Below, piece by piece: positions 1 through 17,590 of a stretch of DNA of 64,000 bases. The stretch spans positions 254,303 to 318,302 of the forward strand of contig NIVC01000302.1 of the NCBI GenBank assembly GCA_002269645.1, read 5' to 3'. Position 1 is the first letter of the stretch. Every line of letters begins with the position of its first letter. Made by a program: the position numbers and the translations under genes. Source of the stretch: Macrostomum lignano. Lineage: Eukaryota. The notes beneath the pieces were generated by a model. That model searched no databases, had not been told where the DNA came from, and saw nothing but the letters and a program-made list of their open reading frames with translations.

Positions 1-660
<660 letters not shown>

Positions 661-739
661 GTTTGCCTTTTTATTCATCTATAATGGCTGTCTTATTGCC
701 AGACAAAATAATCCGAGCAAGTGCACCCCGCACCCTCAG

Positions 740-5083
<4,344 letters not shown>

Positions 5084-5589
5084 GACTGAGGCAGGCAGAG
5101 AGGACTCAACGGAAGGTTGTTCGGAACAATCATTTTCATTAACGATTGAAACAATTTTTGTACTCAAGAGCACTATAGTTTTTTCAACCTACCAATATTC
5201 TGATTAGTATTTCATCAGTCTCCGGTTTTTTATTGACAAATTTCACTTTTTAAGTAAAATTTTGCGTGGCTTAACCAGACAATATATAGATTATTCCAGA
5301 GTTGTTTTGTAATTTATGACGCAGCCATGTCGTTTTTTTATTTTTTTATCATTCGTGTTTGATGTCAAAATTTGTTCCAATAATAATGTACATTATTTAA
5401 ATAAAACCACTCCTGATCTCTTTTTCAGCTACATATTTATTCACTAAAAACAAACCAACCATTTGCCGTGTTCAATATTACTTATAATAAATACCAATAT
5501 TATACCAGTATACCGGTAATGGATTGTAAAATCATAATTGGTGCTGATTTCGCCTTCTCGTTGGTCTTAGTCAGTTTCTAATATCAAGC

Positions 5590-5990
5590 TGACACTCATA
5601 TTGGCACTCGTATGTGGCATACTCGTAGTGTCGTACTGTGTCACTCATATTGGCTCTGGTACCTGCCCTGTGTCACTCATATTGGCTCTGGTACCTGCCC
5701 TGTGTCACTCATATTGGCTCTGGTACCTGCCCTGTGTCACTCATATTGGCTCTGGTACCTGCCCTGTGTCACTCATATTGGCTCTGGTACCTGCCCTGTG
5801 TCACTCATATTGGCTCTGGTACCTGCCCTGTGTCACTCATATTGGCTCTGGTACCTGCCCTGTGTCACTCATATTGGCTCTGGTACCTGCCCTGTGTCAC
5901 TCATATTGGCTCTGGTACCTGCCTTCGCCACTAGTATTGGCTCTGTTACCTGCCTTCGCCACTAGTATTGGCTCTGGTACCTGGCCACTA
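5590..5990 (+). repeat. 32-bp minisatellite (GTGTCACTCATATTGGCTCTGGTACCTGCCCT) between the convergent VWA5A and NDUFB8 3' ends
   Basis: Tandem units; ORFs show a 32-aa period equal to three units. Confidence 0.96.
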
Positions 5991-5993
5991 GTA

Positions 5994-6530
5994 CACCATT
6001 TTACCTCCTATTTTGAACAAAGTCATCCCCAACAATCAGCAGCCCTGATGATACGGTATCGTCACTGTTGCTTAAACAATAGCGCACTGCCAAGGCTGCT
6101 GTTCCATGATATCTTCATCGAATTCTGCTTCAAATTCATTGATTCCACCTTCTTCCAGCAATTCGTCTTCTTCAATCTGATCTTCAGCATTCATATCGTT
6201 TCTTGTTGTGCAACGATTGTACAGTTATGCAGTACAGAAAAAACTAAAAAGTTAGATTAATGTTCTAAAATGTACTCGTATCTATGTGCGAAAATCTCTG
6301 TCTAAATAGAATGTGACTTTGTTTCTTTTGAATTTCAAGTTTGCGCATGCACGTCAACTCGGGGACAATTTTGGCCACAGACAGTCTGAATGGAAGTTCT
6401 TCTGTTTCAATAGAAAGGGACTTTGTTTGATTTGAATTTCCGCAAGGGCTGTTATTTATTAGTGTTTGAATTAAAGTTCTGCTTGTTTCTTTTGAACAAG
6501 ACTTTGTTCAAAATAGGAGGTAAAATGGTG
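5994..6530. mobile_element. MITE, 537 bp, with perfect 31-bp TIRs and TA target duplication (Tc1/mariner-type)
   Basis: CACCATTTTACCTCCTATTTTGAACAAAGTC at 5994 and its reverse complement ending at 6530; TA on both sides; removing it restores the unit CACTAGTATTGGCTCTGGTACC. Confidence 0.88.
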
Positions 6531-6839
6531 TATTGGCTCTGGTACCTGTAGAAGCGAGTACCCCGACGTTCTCGTACCCTACGAAACGTAAAAATTCTTG
6601 TTAATCTTCGAATAAAAAAGACAACAAAAGATCAAACTAGGGCGATTAGTTCTTATTTTCTATAGCACACTCGCACTGCAGATGAATATTTATATCGCTA
6701 TTTGTATATTTATAAGCACAACTACACTGCCACTATCAACAAGTAAATGGTGCAATCTAGTTTTGGGGGAGGGGGAACTGAGAGTGTCAGTTTAAGTCAA
6801 TGATTTAAACAAGCTACAGACTTGCTGAAGTTCAGAGAA

Positions 6840-7373
6840 TTACTCATCGGCCGGCTCAAACAAATAGTGCTTCTGTCCCTTCTTATCATAGGGAAACTGC
6901 TTAGCCATCACTGGGGGGAAATAGCGATACCGATTGCCGATGGACAGCAGGCCAAACACGCTGGCCACAGCGGTGACAAGCAGTAGCAGCTGTTTCCAAT
7001 ACGGCATCCGCCAGTGCCAATAGTCCGCATTGTTCGGATCCACAAAGCCCAGTCTGTACAGCTCGGCATTGATGTGCATGGGCTCGCCATAGTGCCTAGT
7101 GAGCTGTCTGTGCTCATAGTTAGCAAACAGATCCCGGTGGTGAGCGGAGTAGGCTGGCAGATTTGGGTAGTCACCAGGCGCGTTGCCGTCGTCTGGGAAT
7201 GGCTCGTAGTCTTCGGGCAGCAGGCCGTATCGCTTAGCGGCACGGTCGCGCTCCTCCTTGGTGCGCGGATATGGACCCGGCTGCCAGTCGTGGTCCCAGT
7301 CTGCGAGGTTGGGTAGTTGTGAATATGTGAATGTGAATTTTTTGCATTCTTGTTCGCATACAAGGCGATGGAC
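6840..7373 (-). CDS. NDUFB8: NADH dehydrogenase (ubiquinone) 1 beta subcomplex subunit 8, left-arm copy; start not resolved
   Basis: Frame reads WQPGPYPRTKEERDRAAKRYGLLPEDYEPFPDDGNAPGDYP...YGEPMH, matching the NDUFB8 signature; hydrophobic segment, then PPVMAKQFPY; stop at 6840. Confidence 0.88.
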   Translation of the reverse strand, partial: VHRLVCEQECKKFTFTYSQLPNLADWDHDWQPGPYPRTKEERDRAAKRYGLLPEDYEPFPDDGNAPGDYPNLPAYSAHHRDLFANYEHRQLTRHYGEPMHINAELYRLGFVDPNNADYWHWRMPYWKQLLLLVTAVASVFGLLSIGNRYRYFPPVMAKQFPYDKKGQKHYLFEPADE

Positions 7374-7389
7374 CTTAGGGATAAGTGCT

Positions 7390-8990
7390 TTTAAAGGGTG
7401 GATTAGTTGATTATTTTTAAAGTATGATGGCTCTGAAGGATTAGTGCTTTTAAAGGATGATGGCTCTGAAGGATTAGTGCTTTTAAAGGATGATGGCTCT
7501 GATGGATTAGTGTTTTTAAAGGATGATGGCTCTGATGGATTAGTGCTTTTAAAGGATGATGGCTCTGATGGATTAGTGTTTTTAAAGGATGATGGCTCTG
7601 ATGGATTAGTGCTTTTAAAGGATGATGGCTCTGATGGATTAGTGTTTTTAAAGGATGATGGCTCTGATGGATTAGTGTTTTTAAAGGATGATGGCTCTGA
7701 TGGATTAGTGCTTTTAAAGGGTGGATTAGTTGATTATTTTTAAAGTATGATGGCTCTGAAGGATTAGTGCTTTTAAAGGATGATGGCTCTGAAGGATTAG
7801 TGCTTTTAAAGGATGATGGCTCTGATGGATTAGTGTTTTTAAAGGATGATGGCTCTGATGGATTAGTGCTTTTAAAGGATGATGGCTCTGATGGATTAGT
7901 GTTTTTAAAGGATGATGGCTCTGATGGATTAGTGTTTTTAAAGGATGATGGCTCTGATGGATTAGTGTTTTTAAAAGGTGATGGCTCTGATGGATTAGTG
8001 TTTTTAAAGGGTGATGGCTCTGATGGATTAGTGCTTTTAAAGGATGATGGCTCTGATGGATTAGTGTTTTTAAAGGGTGATGGCTCTGATGGATTAGTGC
8101 TTTTAAAGGATGATGGCTCTGATGGATTAGTGCTTTTAAAGGATGATGGCTCTGATGGATTAGTGTTTTTAAAGGGTGATGGCTCTGATGGATTAGTGTT
8201 TTTAAAGGATGATGGCTCTGATGGATTAGTGCTTTTAAAGGATGATGGCTCTGATGGATTAGTGTTTTTAAAGGATGATGGCTCTGATGGATTAGTGCTT
8301 TTAAAGGATGATGGCTCTGATGGATTAGTGCTTTTAAAGGATGATGGCTCTGATGGATTAGTGCTTTTAAAGGATGATGGCTCTGATGGATTAGTGTTTT
8401 TAAAGGGTGATGGCTCTGATGGATTAGTGTTTTTAAAGGATGATGGCTCTGATGGATTAGTGTTTTTAAAGGGTGATGGCTCTGATGGATTAGTGTTTTT
8501 AAAGGATGATGGCTCTGATGGATTAGTGTTTTTAAAGGATGATGGCTCTGATGGATTAGTGTTTTTAAAAGGTGATGGCTCTGATGGATTAGTGTTTTTA
8601 AAGGGTGATGGCTCTGATGGATTAGTGTTTTTAAAGGGTGATGGCTCTGATGGATTAGTGTTTTTAAAGGGTGATGGCTCTGATGGATTAGTGCTTTTAA
8701 AGGATGATGGCTCTGATGGATTAGTGCTTTTAAAGGATGATGGCTCTGATGGATTAGTGTTTTTAAAGGGTGATGGCTCTGATGGATTAGTGCTTTTAAA
8801 GGGTGATGGCTCTGATGGATTAGTGCTTTTAAAGGATGATGGCTCTGATGGATTAGTGCTTTTAAAGGATGATGGCTCTGATGGATTAGTGTTTTTAAAG
8901 GGTGATGGCTCTGATGGATTAGTGTTTTTAAAGGATGATGGCTCTGAAGGATTAGTGCTTTTAAAGGATGATGGCTCTGATTGATTAGTG
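7390..8990 (+). repeat. 33-bp minisatellite (GGATTAGTGYTTTTAAAGGRTGATGGCTCTGAT) just upstream of NDUFB8
   Basis: About 48 units; source of the LKDDGSDGLV ORFs. Confidence 0.98.
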
Positions 8991-10411
8991 CTTAAATGAA
9001 CCTTTAAAAATCTGTTTACAGAATTTTTTTGTTAAAATATCAGGATGTAAGCCTATTAAAAATAAGTAGAAAATATACATTTATAAAGTGCAAGTTAGAT
9101 TAACCAATAATTGTGTTTTATAATAATTTTGCCAAAAAAGTTATGCCCCACATGCACTAGAGATCTCAATATCTACCATGATCATGTGCCAAGTGCATCA
9201 GAGACCATTTGCATGCACCATGATTGTGCACCAAGAGCATTGTGAATCCCCTGTGTGCACCATGATTATGTACTGAGTGCATTTTGGACTCCTTGTGTGT
9301 GCCAAATGTGTCCATGGCAAAGGCCACATTCCTGACTATGTAGCTACAGGAGCTATAGACTATGGAGATTTAATGGAAAGATTTAAAAAATAAGTTTCAA
9401 CAGAGATGGTGAACTATCAACTAATAAAACTAATAAATGGGTAGTCCTTAGATAAAATGACATAAGTGCAGGTGGGAGGCCAGCCATCTTTTCAATTGTG
9501 CATTAAGATAATTGAATTGTATAATACTAATAGCTGAGTTATAATTTTATTGCATTTACTAGATATAGACTAAGTATTGACTAATTCAACCCACCCAATT
9601 CTTAGACTCTGAAAAAAGACCTAAAGTATATCATTGATGTATAACTTGGTATACAGAGGGGCCTAGTATGCCTTCTTAGTATATCTTCTTATATAGTATA
9701 CTTAGCATACCTTCTTAGTATTAGCTTAGCATATAGAGATCACCAAGATAGCAGATGGGACCAAAGTTCTAAGTCCCAAAGAATATACATAGTTAGTGTA
9801 CAAAAAATGATTAAGTTCAAGCTTGTAATATTCTTTATGACAATGTATATAGTTAGAATAGCAAAGTTTTGATTAAAAAAAATGAAAAACTAAATTTAAA
9901 AATCATGTTTAACTTTTCTAAAAAGTTAAAAGTAAAACAAAAAAGTTATAGAAAACATTTTATGATTTAGTAAAAAATTAACCATATTTTTTCTAATCAT
10001 ATAGAAGAGTTAATGTTAAATGGAAAAAAGACAGAAAAGCTCATTTTGAAACATAAATTTTTAGCTTTTAGGTTTCTAAGGTGTAATAAAGCATTTAAAA
10101 AATGTTTATATATATTGTTTTTTGCTGGAAATAGTATAGGCAAGAAAGTTATTAGCTAAACTATGTATAACCAAAAAACAACCAAATTATTAGCCAAAAA
10201 AGGTCTTTTACACAATGCAAAAAAGATCATTTATTGTTATATTACTAGCCTAGAATTTGAATATAGGTGTATATTGAAATTTTGACATGTATTAGTAACA
10301 ATTTAATTTTTGTTTGGGCATATACCCAGCAGGATCTAGACTCTTTAGTCTTAGACTTTATGCTAGAGTTAGAAACAAATCTTTTAAGCTAGGCCTACAT
10401 CACTTTGCATA

Positions 10412-10908
10412 CCATAGTGCAGAAGTATGGGTATATGATAGAAATTTCTGTTGTAGACAAGGATCAACTGTCATACATATCGTACATCACTTTTTTTTGG
10501 GGGTGCTATATTTTATACTATTGTAGTCATACATGAGTCATACATAGCAAAGTATTTTTTCTGTTAACTGTACAGCTATAAGTCATTTTCATATTTAAAA
10601 CTCATTCACCATGGCACTGTTGCCAACGAAAAAAAATTAAAAAATTCATGCGTAAGAAAACTTTCATATTTGTTTTGTCTTTCTAACTGATGTGCATTGT
10701 ATGCAGTCAGTAAATAACAACATAATTGTTGTTTTACTTTGCACTTTCTAAAAAATTAGAATATATTTAAATTATTTATTTTTATGTTCGCATTTTTTTC
10801 TTATCGTACACCAGTGGTAACATTTTTCAATCAATGTTGTACTGTCGTACAACAAGCCAAAATTTTAATTTATATTCTGTCATACATGGACATCCTTCTG
10901 CACTATGG
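10412..10908. mobile_element. Putative MITE with 14-bp TIRs (CCATAGTGCAGAAG)
   Basis: Perfect inverted 14-mers at both ends, subterminal GTCATACAT/TCGTACA repeats, AT-rich core; TSD unclear. Confidence 0.5.
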
Positions 10909-10989
10909 TCTGCATACTTTTGAATTGCAAATTTTTAAGAAAATAATTTAAAAAAGCAACAAAAGTAAATGATAGCTAGTCTTAAAGGG

Positions 10990-13262
10990 CTTCCAGTTAA
11001 TTCAGCGACAAGCTAATTCAGCGACAACCAATTCGGCAACAAGTCAGTTCCGCGAAAGGCAATTTGGTGAATGCTGAAGGTTAAAGAAAGCTATATACAA
11101 CACTCGTTAAAATTTAAAATATTGCATTACTCATATAGTCATTATATAGTCCTTGCCATTCAAGTAAGGTGTAATTATATACAGTGTAGTTGTGTTGTGT
11201 GAGAGGGGTTGAGGGGGAAGTGGGGTAGGAATTTTCTTTGTTTTGATGCGTCACCCAGTGCTTGCTTGTTCATTCCTTCCTTTTCCCTTTGCCCCTTTTG
11301 CTTTGCGTAACAGTGTATGAGACCCTCAAGGGTCTTCGTTGCTTGCTAAATATATAGAAGCAACGGGCTCTTTCAGAGCCTTAATCTTTCTTCTGCAGTG
11401 ACATGGTCTACAAAATAAGGTAATATTTTGTTTTAATCATGCCGAATAACACGTTTTCAAAGAGGTGCATGCATATGCCCCCTTAGCAGTCTTAGACTTG
11501 TCCAGACCAGGTACATATGGATCCAGAAAATTTTGAATGGGGGGACATGCAGATTACTAAAGGTACTTATAAGTGTATATTATGTACATGTATATGTACA
11601 CGATATTGCATATTTAGCATATAAAAAATAAATAAAATCAGACTCAATGGGGGTGCGCGCCCTGTGCACCTCCCCCCCTTTAAATCTGCCACTGGTCCCA
11701 ACGGAGTAGGGACAACCGTGTCAAAGGCAATCAACCATATAAGTTGACGTAGTTTACGTGATGGGGGGGGTTTCACAAACTCGAAATTTCACAATGTTGA
11801 AAGCACACTCTTTCATAAGGTTGAAATTTCACAAGGTCAAAATTTCATAACATCAAAAACTCGAAAAGCAGCCACTTTCATAAGGTCGAAATTTCACAAG
11901 GTCAAAATTTCACAACATTGAAAACTTTAGCAAGAGACTTCATAAGGTCGAAATTTCACAAGGTCGAAATTTCACAACATTGAAAACTCGAAAAGCAGCC
12001 ACTTTCACAAGGTAGAAATTTCACAAGGTCAAAATTTCACAACATCGAAAACTCGAAAAGCAGCCACTTTCATAAGGTCGAAATTTCACAAGGTCAAAAT
12101 TTCACAACATTGAAAACTTGAAAAGCAGCCACTTTCATAAGGTAGAAATTTCACAACATTGAAAACTTTAGCAAGAGACTTCATAAGGTCGAAATTTCAC
12201 AAGATCGAAATTTCACAACATTGAAAACTTTAGCAAGAGACTTCATAAGGTCGAAATTTCACAAGGTCAAAAACTCAAATAGCAGCCACTTTCATAAGAT
12301 CAAAATTTTACAATGTAAAAACTGAGAATTTAACAGCTTCAAGTATGAAAATATCAAAATTTTACAATGTAGAAAAATAAAGTCTTTATTGTGTTAATGT
12401 TTATATTATTATTTTTTTGTTTTAATAGCTTTGTTTCAGATGTTTTTAATCACCTCTTCTTTAAGTAGTTCAACGTCAAGGAGTGCTGAGTGCTCTGCTA
12501 AGTGTCTTATGACTACTGGGACGATGGGTTAGTTTACATAAGCTGTAAGTTTAGCTATATAGTTGAGAAGCATTTTGGAATTAGAGCAGTAAAAAGCACC
12601 TAAAATTTGGTATCAGAAGTAGGATAAATTTAGGGGAAAAGAGAAAAACTTTGAAAAGAAAAAAAAGCCCTATAACTTTGGCAATGACTGGTTAGGATAA
12701 ATTAGACTAAGTGACAAACAGAAAAACACCTACAACATATATAGGCCTACTAAACAACAATAGGATATAGAAAAGCCTTGAAGGCTTACAATTATTAAGT
12801 CTTCTGCTAGAGTTTTTGATGTTGTGAAATTTCGACCTTATGAAGTCTTCTGCTAGAGTTTTCAATGTTGTGAAATTTCGACCTTGTGAAAGCACCTCTA
12901 CGTGATTAGAGAAGTACATGTACACATGTATATGTAATTCACGATCATTACAAAATACACAATTCAACCAGGATTTTTGATAGTCTGTTCAACAATTGTT
13001 CTTAGGGTCTCAACATTTGTTTTACTATAAGCATATGTAACACACCAGGAAAAGCATAGTATATGTACGAGCTATATGTGTGGTATGTGAGGCTTACCAC
13101 TTTGGCTTATTTAACATGAAAACACAACACAATGGATGACAACTTAACTGCCCCTCTGTTTTAACCACTCCTTGGTTGTATGTGGCCAAACTGACTGTTG
13201 CTGAATTGACTTGTTGCTGAATTGCCTGTCGCCAAGTCAACCTGTCGCCAAATTACCTGGTT
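10990..13262. mobile_element. Putative foldback-type DNA transposon relic with modular inverted termini
   Basis: AATTC/TRGCRACA repeats at 10990-11075 are inverted at 13190-13262; the internal GAAATTTCACAAGGTC array (11770-12330) has inverted copies at ~12815-12895. Confidence 0.45.
11770..12330 (+). repeat. Complex tandem array of GAAATTTCACAAGGTC / AACATTGAAAACT modules
   Basis: Direct reading; mirrored at ~21810-22370. Confidence 0.9.
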
Positions 13263-13276
13263 CCTGTCTCAAAGAT

Positions 13277-13636
13277 TTTTATTAGAGGCAGGGGGGTTGT
13301 GTGCACCCTGGCGCAATTTAAGCGTCATTGGCACACAACCGGCGAGAGGCATTACTGCCCATTCCGCCGACTCCCTTGAGCAGGCATACAAGCGCGCGGA
13401 TACGTTACGCAGGCACACACTCACACAGGAGTGTACAGCGGCCCTAACTTTATCAATTGTTAGGCATGTACACTTCACTGCGCCTTGGGGGGGGGGTTGG
13501 CTCTCAAGGCCGTTAATTGCACAAGCGAGCCAAGCCAAGATTCCAATCCAGCCCCAAATTAATGTGGCTGCACTTGGAATCGAGCCTGGGTCGCGGCACA
13601 CCAGAGCAGCTGCGCTACCCCTGGGCTACGGCCCCC
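13277..13636 (-). mobile_element. tRNA-derived SINE (family 2), ~360 bp, with a 14-bp TSD
   Basis: CCTGTCTCAAAGAT at 13263-13276 and 13637-13650; head GGGGCCGTAGCCCAGGGG...GGCTCGATTCC; tail AATAAAA. Confidence 0.82.
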
Positions 13637-14200
13637 CCTGTCTCAAAGATACATATATACCAGTGAAGAAGTAGGCCTATAGGCCTATTAATAAAATAGT
13701 CAATTTATCATAGTTTACACTTGAACCAGCATGGAATTCTTGCATCTGGCATATAAAACAGAAAATTGCAACTTTTTTTGGTGCGCAATTCCATATTAAA
13801 CCAAACGCAATTTTACAATCCTAAACAAAATTTAGTGGCACAATTTTTAGCATTACCAATTGTCAAAATAATGTTTTGCGATAGTCTTATTCTTGCATTT
13901 TTTGATGACTTGTTACAATAAATATTAAACTGATTATCTTTGTTTTTTAAGTAGAGAATTTTAAATTTGAACAGTTCATAAATAATGAACTATAAATGTT
14001 ACATTTTTGTAGTAATTCTAGATTAAAAATAGTAAAGTCAGTAATTTAAACTGTGCAAACAATCGCAAAAAATTCACAATTTTTGTTGCATTTTTTGCAG
14101 CCTGTACAGGTGCACATTTTTTTTGCGTTGCACAATTTTTTGCAATTTTTTTTCCCGAATGCAAAAATGTGTTGCAATTTTTGTGCAAGAATTCCAGGCA

Positions 14201-14303
14201 ATCTTCAAGTTTCGTTCGTTTAATTATTTCCGGAATTATTTCGCCCTCTATTCAAGGGTGGTGGGGGGTGGGTGTTGGAATTAAACGAACGAAACTTGAA
14301 GAT
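14201..14303. repeat. Small hairpin/MITE with perfect 25-bp inverted repeats
   Basis: ATCTTCAAGTTTCGTTCGTTTAATT at 14201-14225 and its reverse complement at 14279-14303. Confidence 0.85.
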
Positions 14304-16800
14304 AACCGAATTCCATCCTGGCACTTGAACAATATAGATAACCTAGACACTACTTAGACACTACCGCACTATTTTAGTGTCTAAAATTTGGGGGCTACAC
14401 AGAGCTTGGTAATTAGAAAGTGAAGTAGAATGAAGTCTGAAGAATCTAGAATTAGATATATCAACACAGTAGCTTAATGTAATTATGACTAGGGTCTAGG
14501 CCTGTATGTGTTTCAAATAATTTTTATGTTCTCTTTCCTATCTAACATTACAAACGATAGATAGGCCATTTGAAACTTGATGAACGATCTAGCAGCAGGG
14601 ATTATGAAAATAAAATACTTACACGAGGCACTTCGAGCAACTACAGTTGGAGAAACAAGTCGCAGAATCTTGTGCTTAAAAAGTCCAGAGCTAAAGCATG
14701 GGCCTTTTGCAAGAACTTTCAAGCTAGCAGACATTTTAAGCAATTGTTTTATTTTTTATTGATAATATTGTATAATAAACTGAGGAACTTCAGACTTCGT
14801 ATTTCGTGAATGTAAAAATATATTTTCAGGTGTAGATATCGTTTATGCGAAGGAAGAGGTGTTTAAAGTTTTTCCAGGAAAGTAGCATGAACCTTTGTCC
14901 ATTTTAACAAATCAAATTACTTAAACCGAATGCCACAAGAACTTCTAGAACATTTATTTCAGATATATCAAAAGAAAATAAACAGCTGTTTTTATACAGC
15001 AGCAGTTTACATATATTTGTCATAAATTTTCTTTGCTATTTTCTTAGCGTTGCGTTTAAAGATATATGTACTAGTATATTTCCATCTTCAATCAATTAGA
15101 CATTAATAAGAAGCCAGTGATACGGCATTGGAACCTAATACGGCATTGGAGCTTCTTAAGCAATCTCTAAGGAGCAAAGGTGAAGTAACGCTTATTATAA
15201 TTGGGTTTATAAAGCACAATATAGTTCTGCTGCTGCTAAAGTAATTATTCGTTTCTTTTTATACTACCATCTGATCGAGATTCTTGGCAATTTATGTATG
15301 AAATAAAACTATCTGACATGCATGTTTACATTTTCCATGTTCCACTACAATTATACATGTCCATAATGTACTTTAAAATAATGGACAGAGTACACCCGGA
15401 TCGCAGGGAGGAAGCTGGGGAGTGTGCAAAAATAATATTAGTGCTGGGGAGGCCCAGGGCGTGCCTACATCAAACACATGTGATTTTACTGCAAGCATGT
15501 CCAAAACTTGACATACATGTGCGCTTGCAGCCATGACAATCTGCATGGTGGCGCGGCCGTGTATACGAGCTATATTACCCTGCAATTAAAGATCGCGAAG
15601 TCGCAATGATGAAGCCTTCGGTGCAATTACGATCAACAATCAAGCAAGGAGAGACCCTTGGCATTGGACATTAGTTAGCATGGAGCATGTACGTATAATC
15701 TTCTACATGTATTTGAATATGATTGTTGCATCTTTGCAGCATTTTTGCCTATGTTGATTGGCCTTCTCCTTAAGAAGCAAAACGTACACAGTTTACTGAG
15801 TCTATAGTAAGTGAACATGATAACTGATTCAAATATGATTACACCTCGTGCGTCAGCCATGCATCTTCAATCTTGTAACAAAGGACCACTGGAACACTTC
15901 GTTATATAGTCTAGTAGTCCTTGTCTTGTAAGCGCACTATCGTTACGCAGTACATATACATGTAGTGCTGTACGTCATATGCTGGTACATGTACATTTAC
16001 ACGTCAGAATTTCTCTATAAAAACAAAATGAATAGCAGAGAGAAAATCTTCAATTAAAAGTATAAAGCCTTTTGAAACTGTGATATAGTGACACGATGGA
16101 CTTTCAAATAGTTTGTGTGTACTCATACTCGTTGACTCACTAGCAGTGGCGTTTGTTATTTACCGACTTAGTGAATTCTATTCAACCCCACCCCATGCGC
16201 CCGTGCATCTGTCTGCACCCACCACCTCATTGCTATAACTAATAAATATTGTCAGCCTAGCTCTCAAGCGAGCACCTACAATTCAACACTGTTGCCTCAG
16301 TTAATAAAGTTATCACAGAAACAAACAAAAGGTATAATATTTTTACAAAATGACACAAAAAGGACGGATAAAATTTAGGCGTATGCTGCACGTACACACT
16401 TATATTTTTGGGTTGCTCATTTTCACAGATAATTCAGGCATTACATGAAGATTCGCACACGAGCGTCAGTAGTCTGTCGCATATTTTCCAAACTGACACC
16501 TGAACCAGCCTGAGTTGGCTCAAGGGAAATATCCCTTACAATTTTTTGGTGCAGGCACACGAAATTCGAAAGTTACACATGCTAAAGTTCTGTTGCGCAC
16601 CTCTCAAACAATAATGAAATCGTCAGCGAGCCAGAACATTCGAGATATTCAACAATTCTGCCAGAAGGTCCCAGTCCCAGCCTTGCCAAGCTCAAATTTC
16701 ATCAGCACGTCGATCACATGTGCTCGTATCTCAGCTCTGATGAAGGCACTTGTTGATGACCCAGAAGTTCCTCCTGGGTGAAGGCCAGTGACCAACGAAG

Positions 16801-17161
16801 NNNNNNNNNNNNNNNNNNNNNNNNNNNNNNNNNNNNNNNNNNNNNNNNNNNNNNNNNNNNNNNNNNNNNNNNNNNNNNNNNNNNNNNNNNNNNNNNNNNN
16901 NNNNNNNNNNNNNNNNNNNNNNNNNNNNNNNNNNNNNNNNNNNNNNNNNNNNNNNNNNNNNNNNNNNNNNNNNNNNNNNNNNNNNNNNNNNNNNNNNNNN
17001 NNNNNNNNNNNNNNNNNNNNNNNNNNNNNNNNNNNNNNNNNNNNNNNNNNNNNNNNNNNNNNNNNNNNNNNNNNNNNNNNNNNNNNNNNNNNNNNNNNNN
17101 NNNNNNNNNNNNNNNNNNNNNNNNNNNNNNNNNNNNNNNNNNNNNNNNNNNNNNNNNNNNN
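16801..17161. other. Assembly gap (361 N) covering the palindrome axis
   Basis: Direct reading. Confidence 1.
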
Positions 17162-17590
17162 ACACGAAATTCATGAGCACGTGCTAATTTTTTGTTGTGC
17201 TCCTTTTCTCCAACAAGAATCAAGTCGCCAGCCTCTGGGGGGCGTCGAGATATTCAACAATTCTACCAGAAGATCAGGTTGCGGCCTTGCCAGGCCTCCA
17301 AATTTCATCAGCAAGTCGACCACATTGTCTGCATCAGCTCTGACTTCGTTGGTCACTGCCTTCACCCAGGAGGAACTTCTGGTCATCAACAAGGGCCTTC
17401 ATCAGAGCTGAGATACGAGTACATGTGATCGACGTGCTGATGAAATTTGGAGGCTTGGCAAGGCTGGGACTGGGACCTTCTGGCAGAATTGTTGAATATC
17501 TCGAATGTTCTGGCTCGCTGACGATTTCATTATTGTTTGAGAAGGGCGCAACAGAACTTTAGCATGTGTACTTTCGAATTTCGTGTGCCT
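17162..17590. repeat. Imperfect long fold-back: 17162-~17344 pairs with ~17400-17590
   Basis: Shared blocks CACGAAATTC, CGAGATATTCAACAATTCT, GCCTTGCCA, GCCTCCAAATTTCATCAGCA and TCAGCTCTGA occur in inverted orientation. Confidence 0.88.

Noticed and set aside
7444-8984. 405-aa LKDDGSDGLV repeat protein
   Set aside because: Stop-free frame of a 33-bp satellite; it shrinks to ~12 broken units on the other arm and has no unique coding sequence.
9000-16500. Short ORFs of 60-150 aa in the AT-rich core and their mirrors
   Set aside because: No recognisable domains or exon-like GC content; their identity across arms reflects the duplication, not conservation.
16714-17411. ORFs spanning the N run
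   Set aside because: Artefacts of unknown bases.
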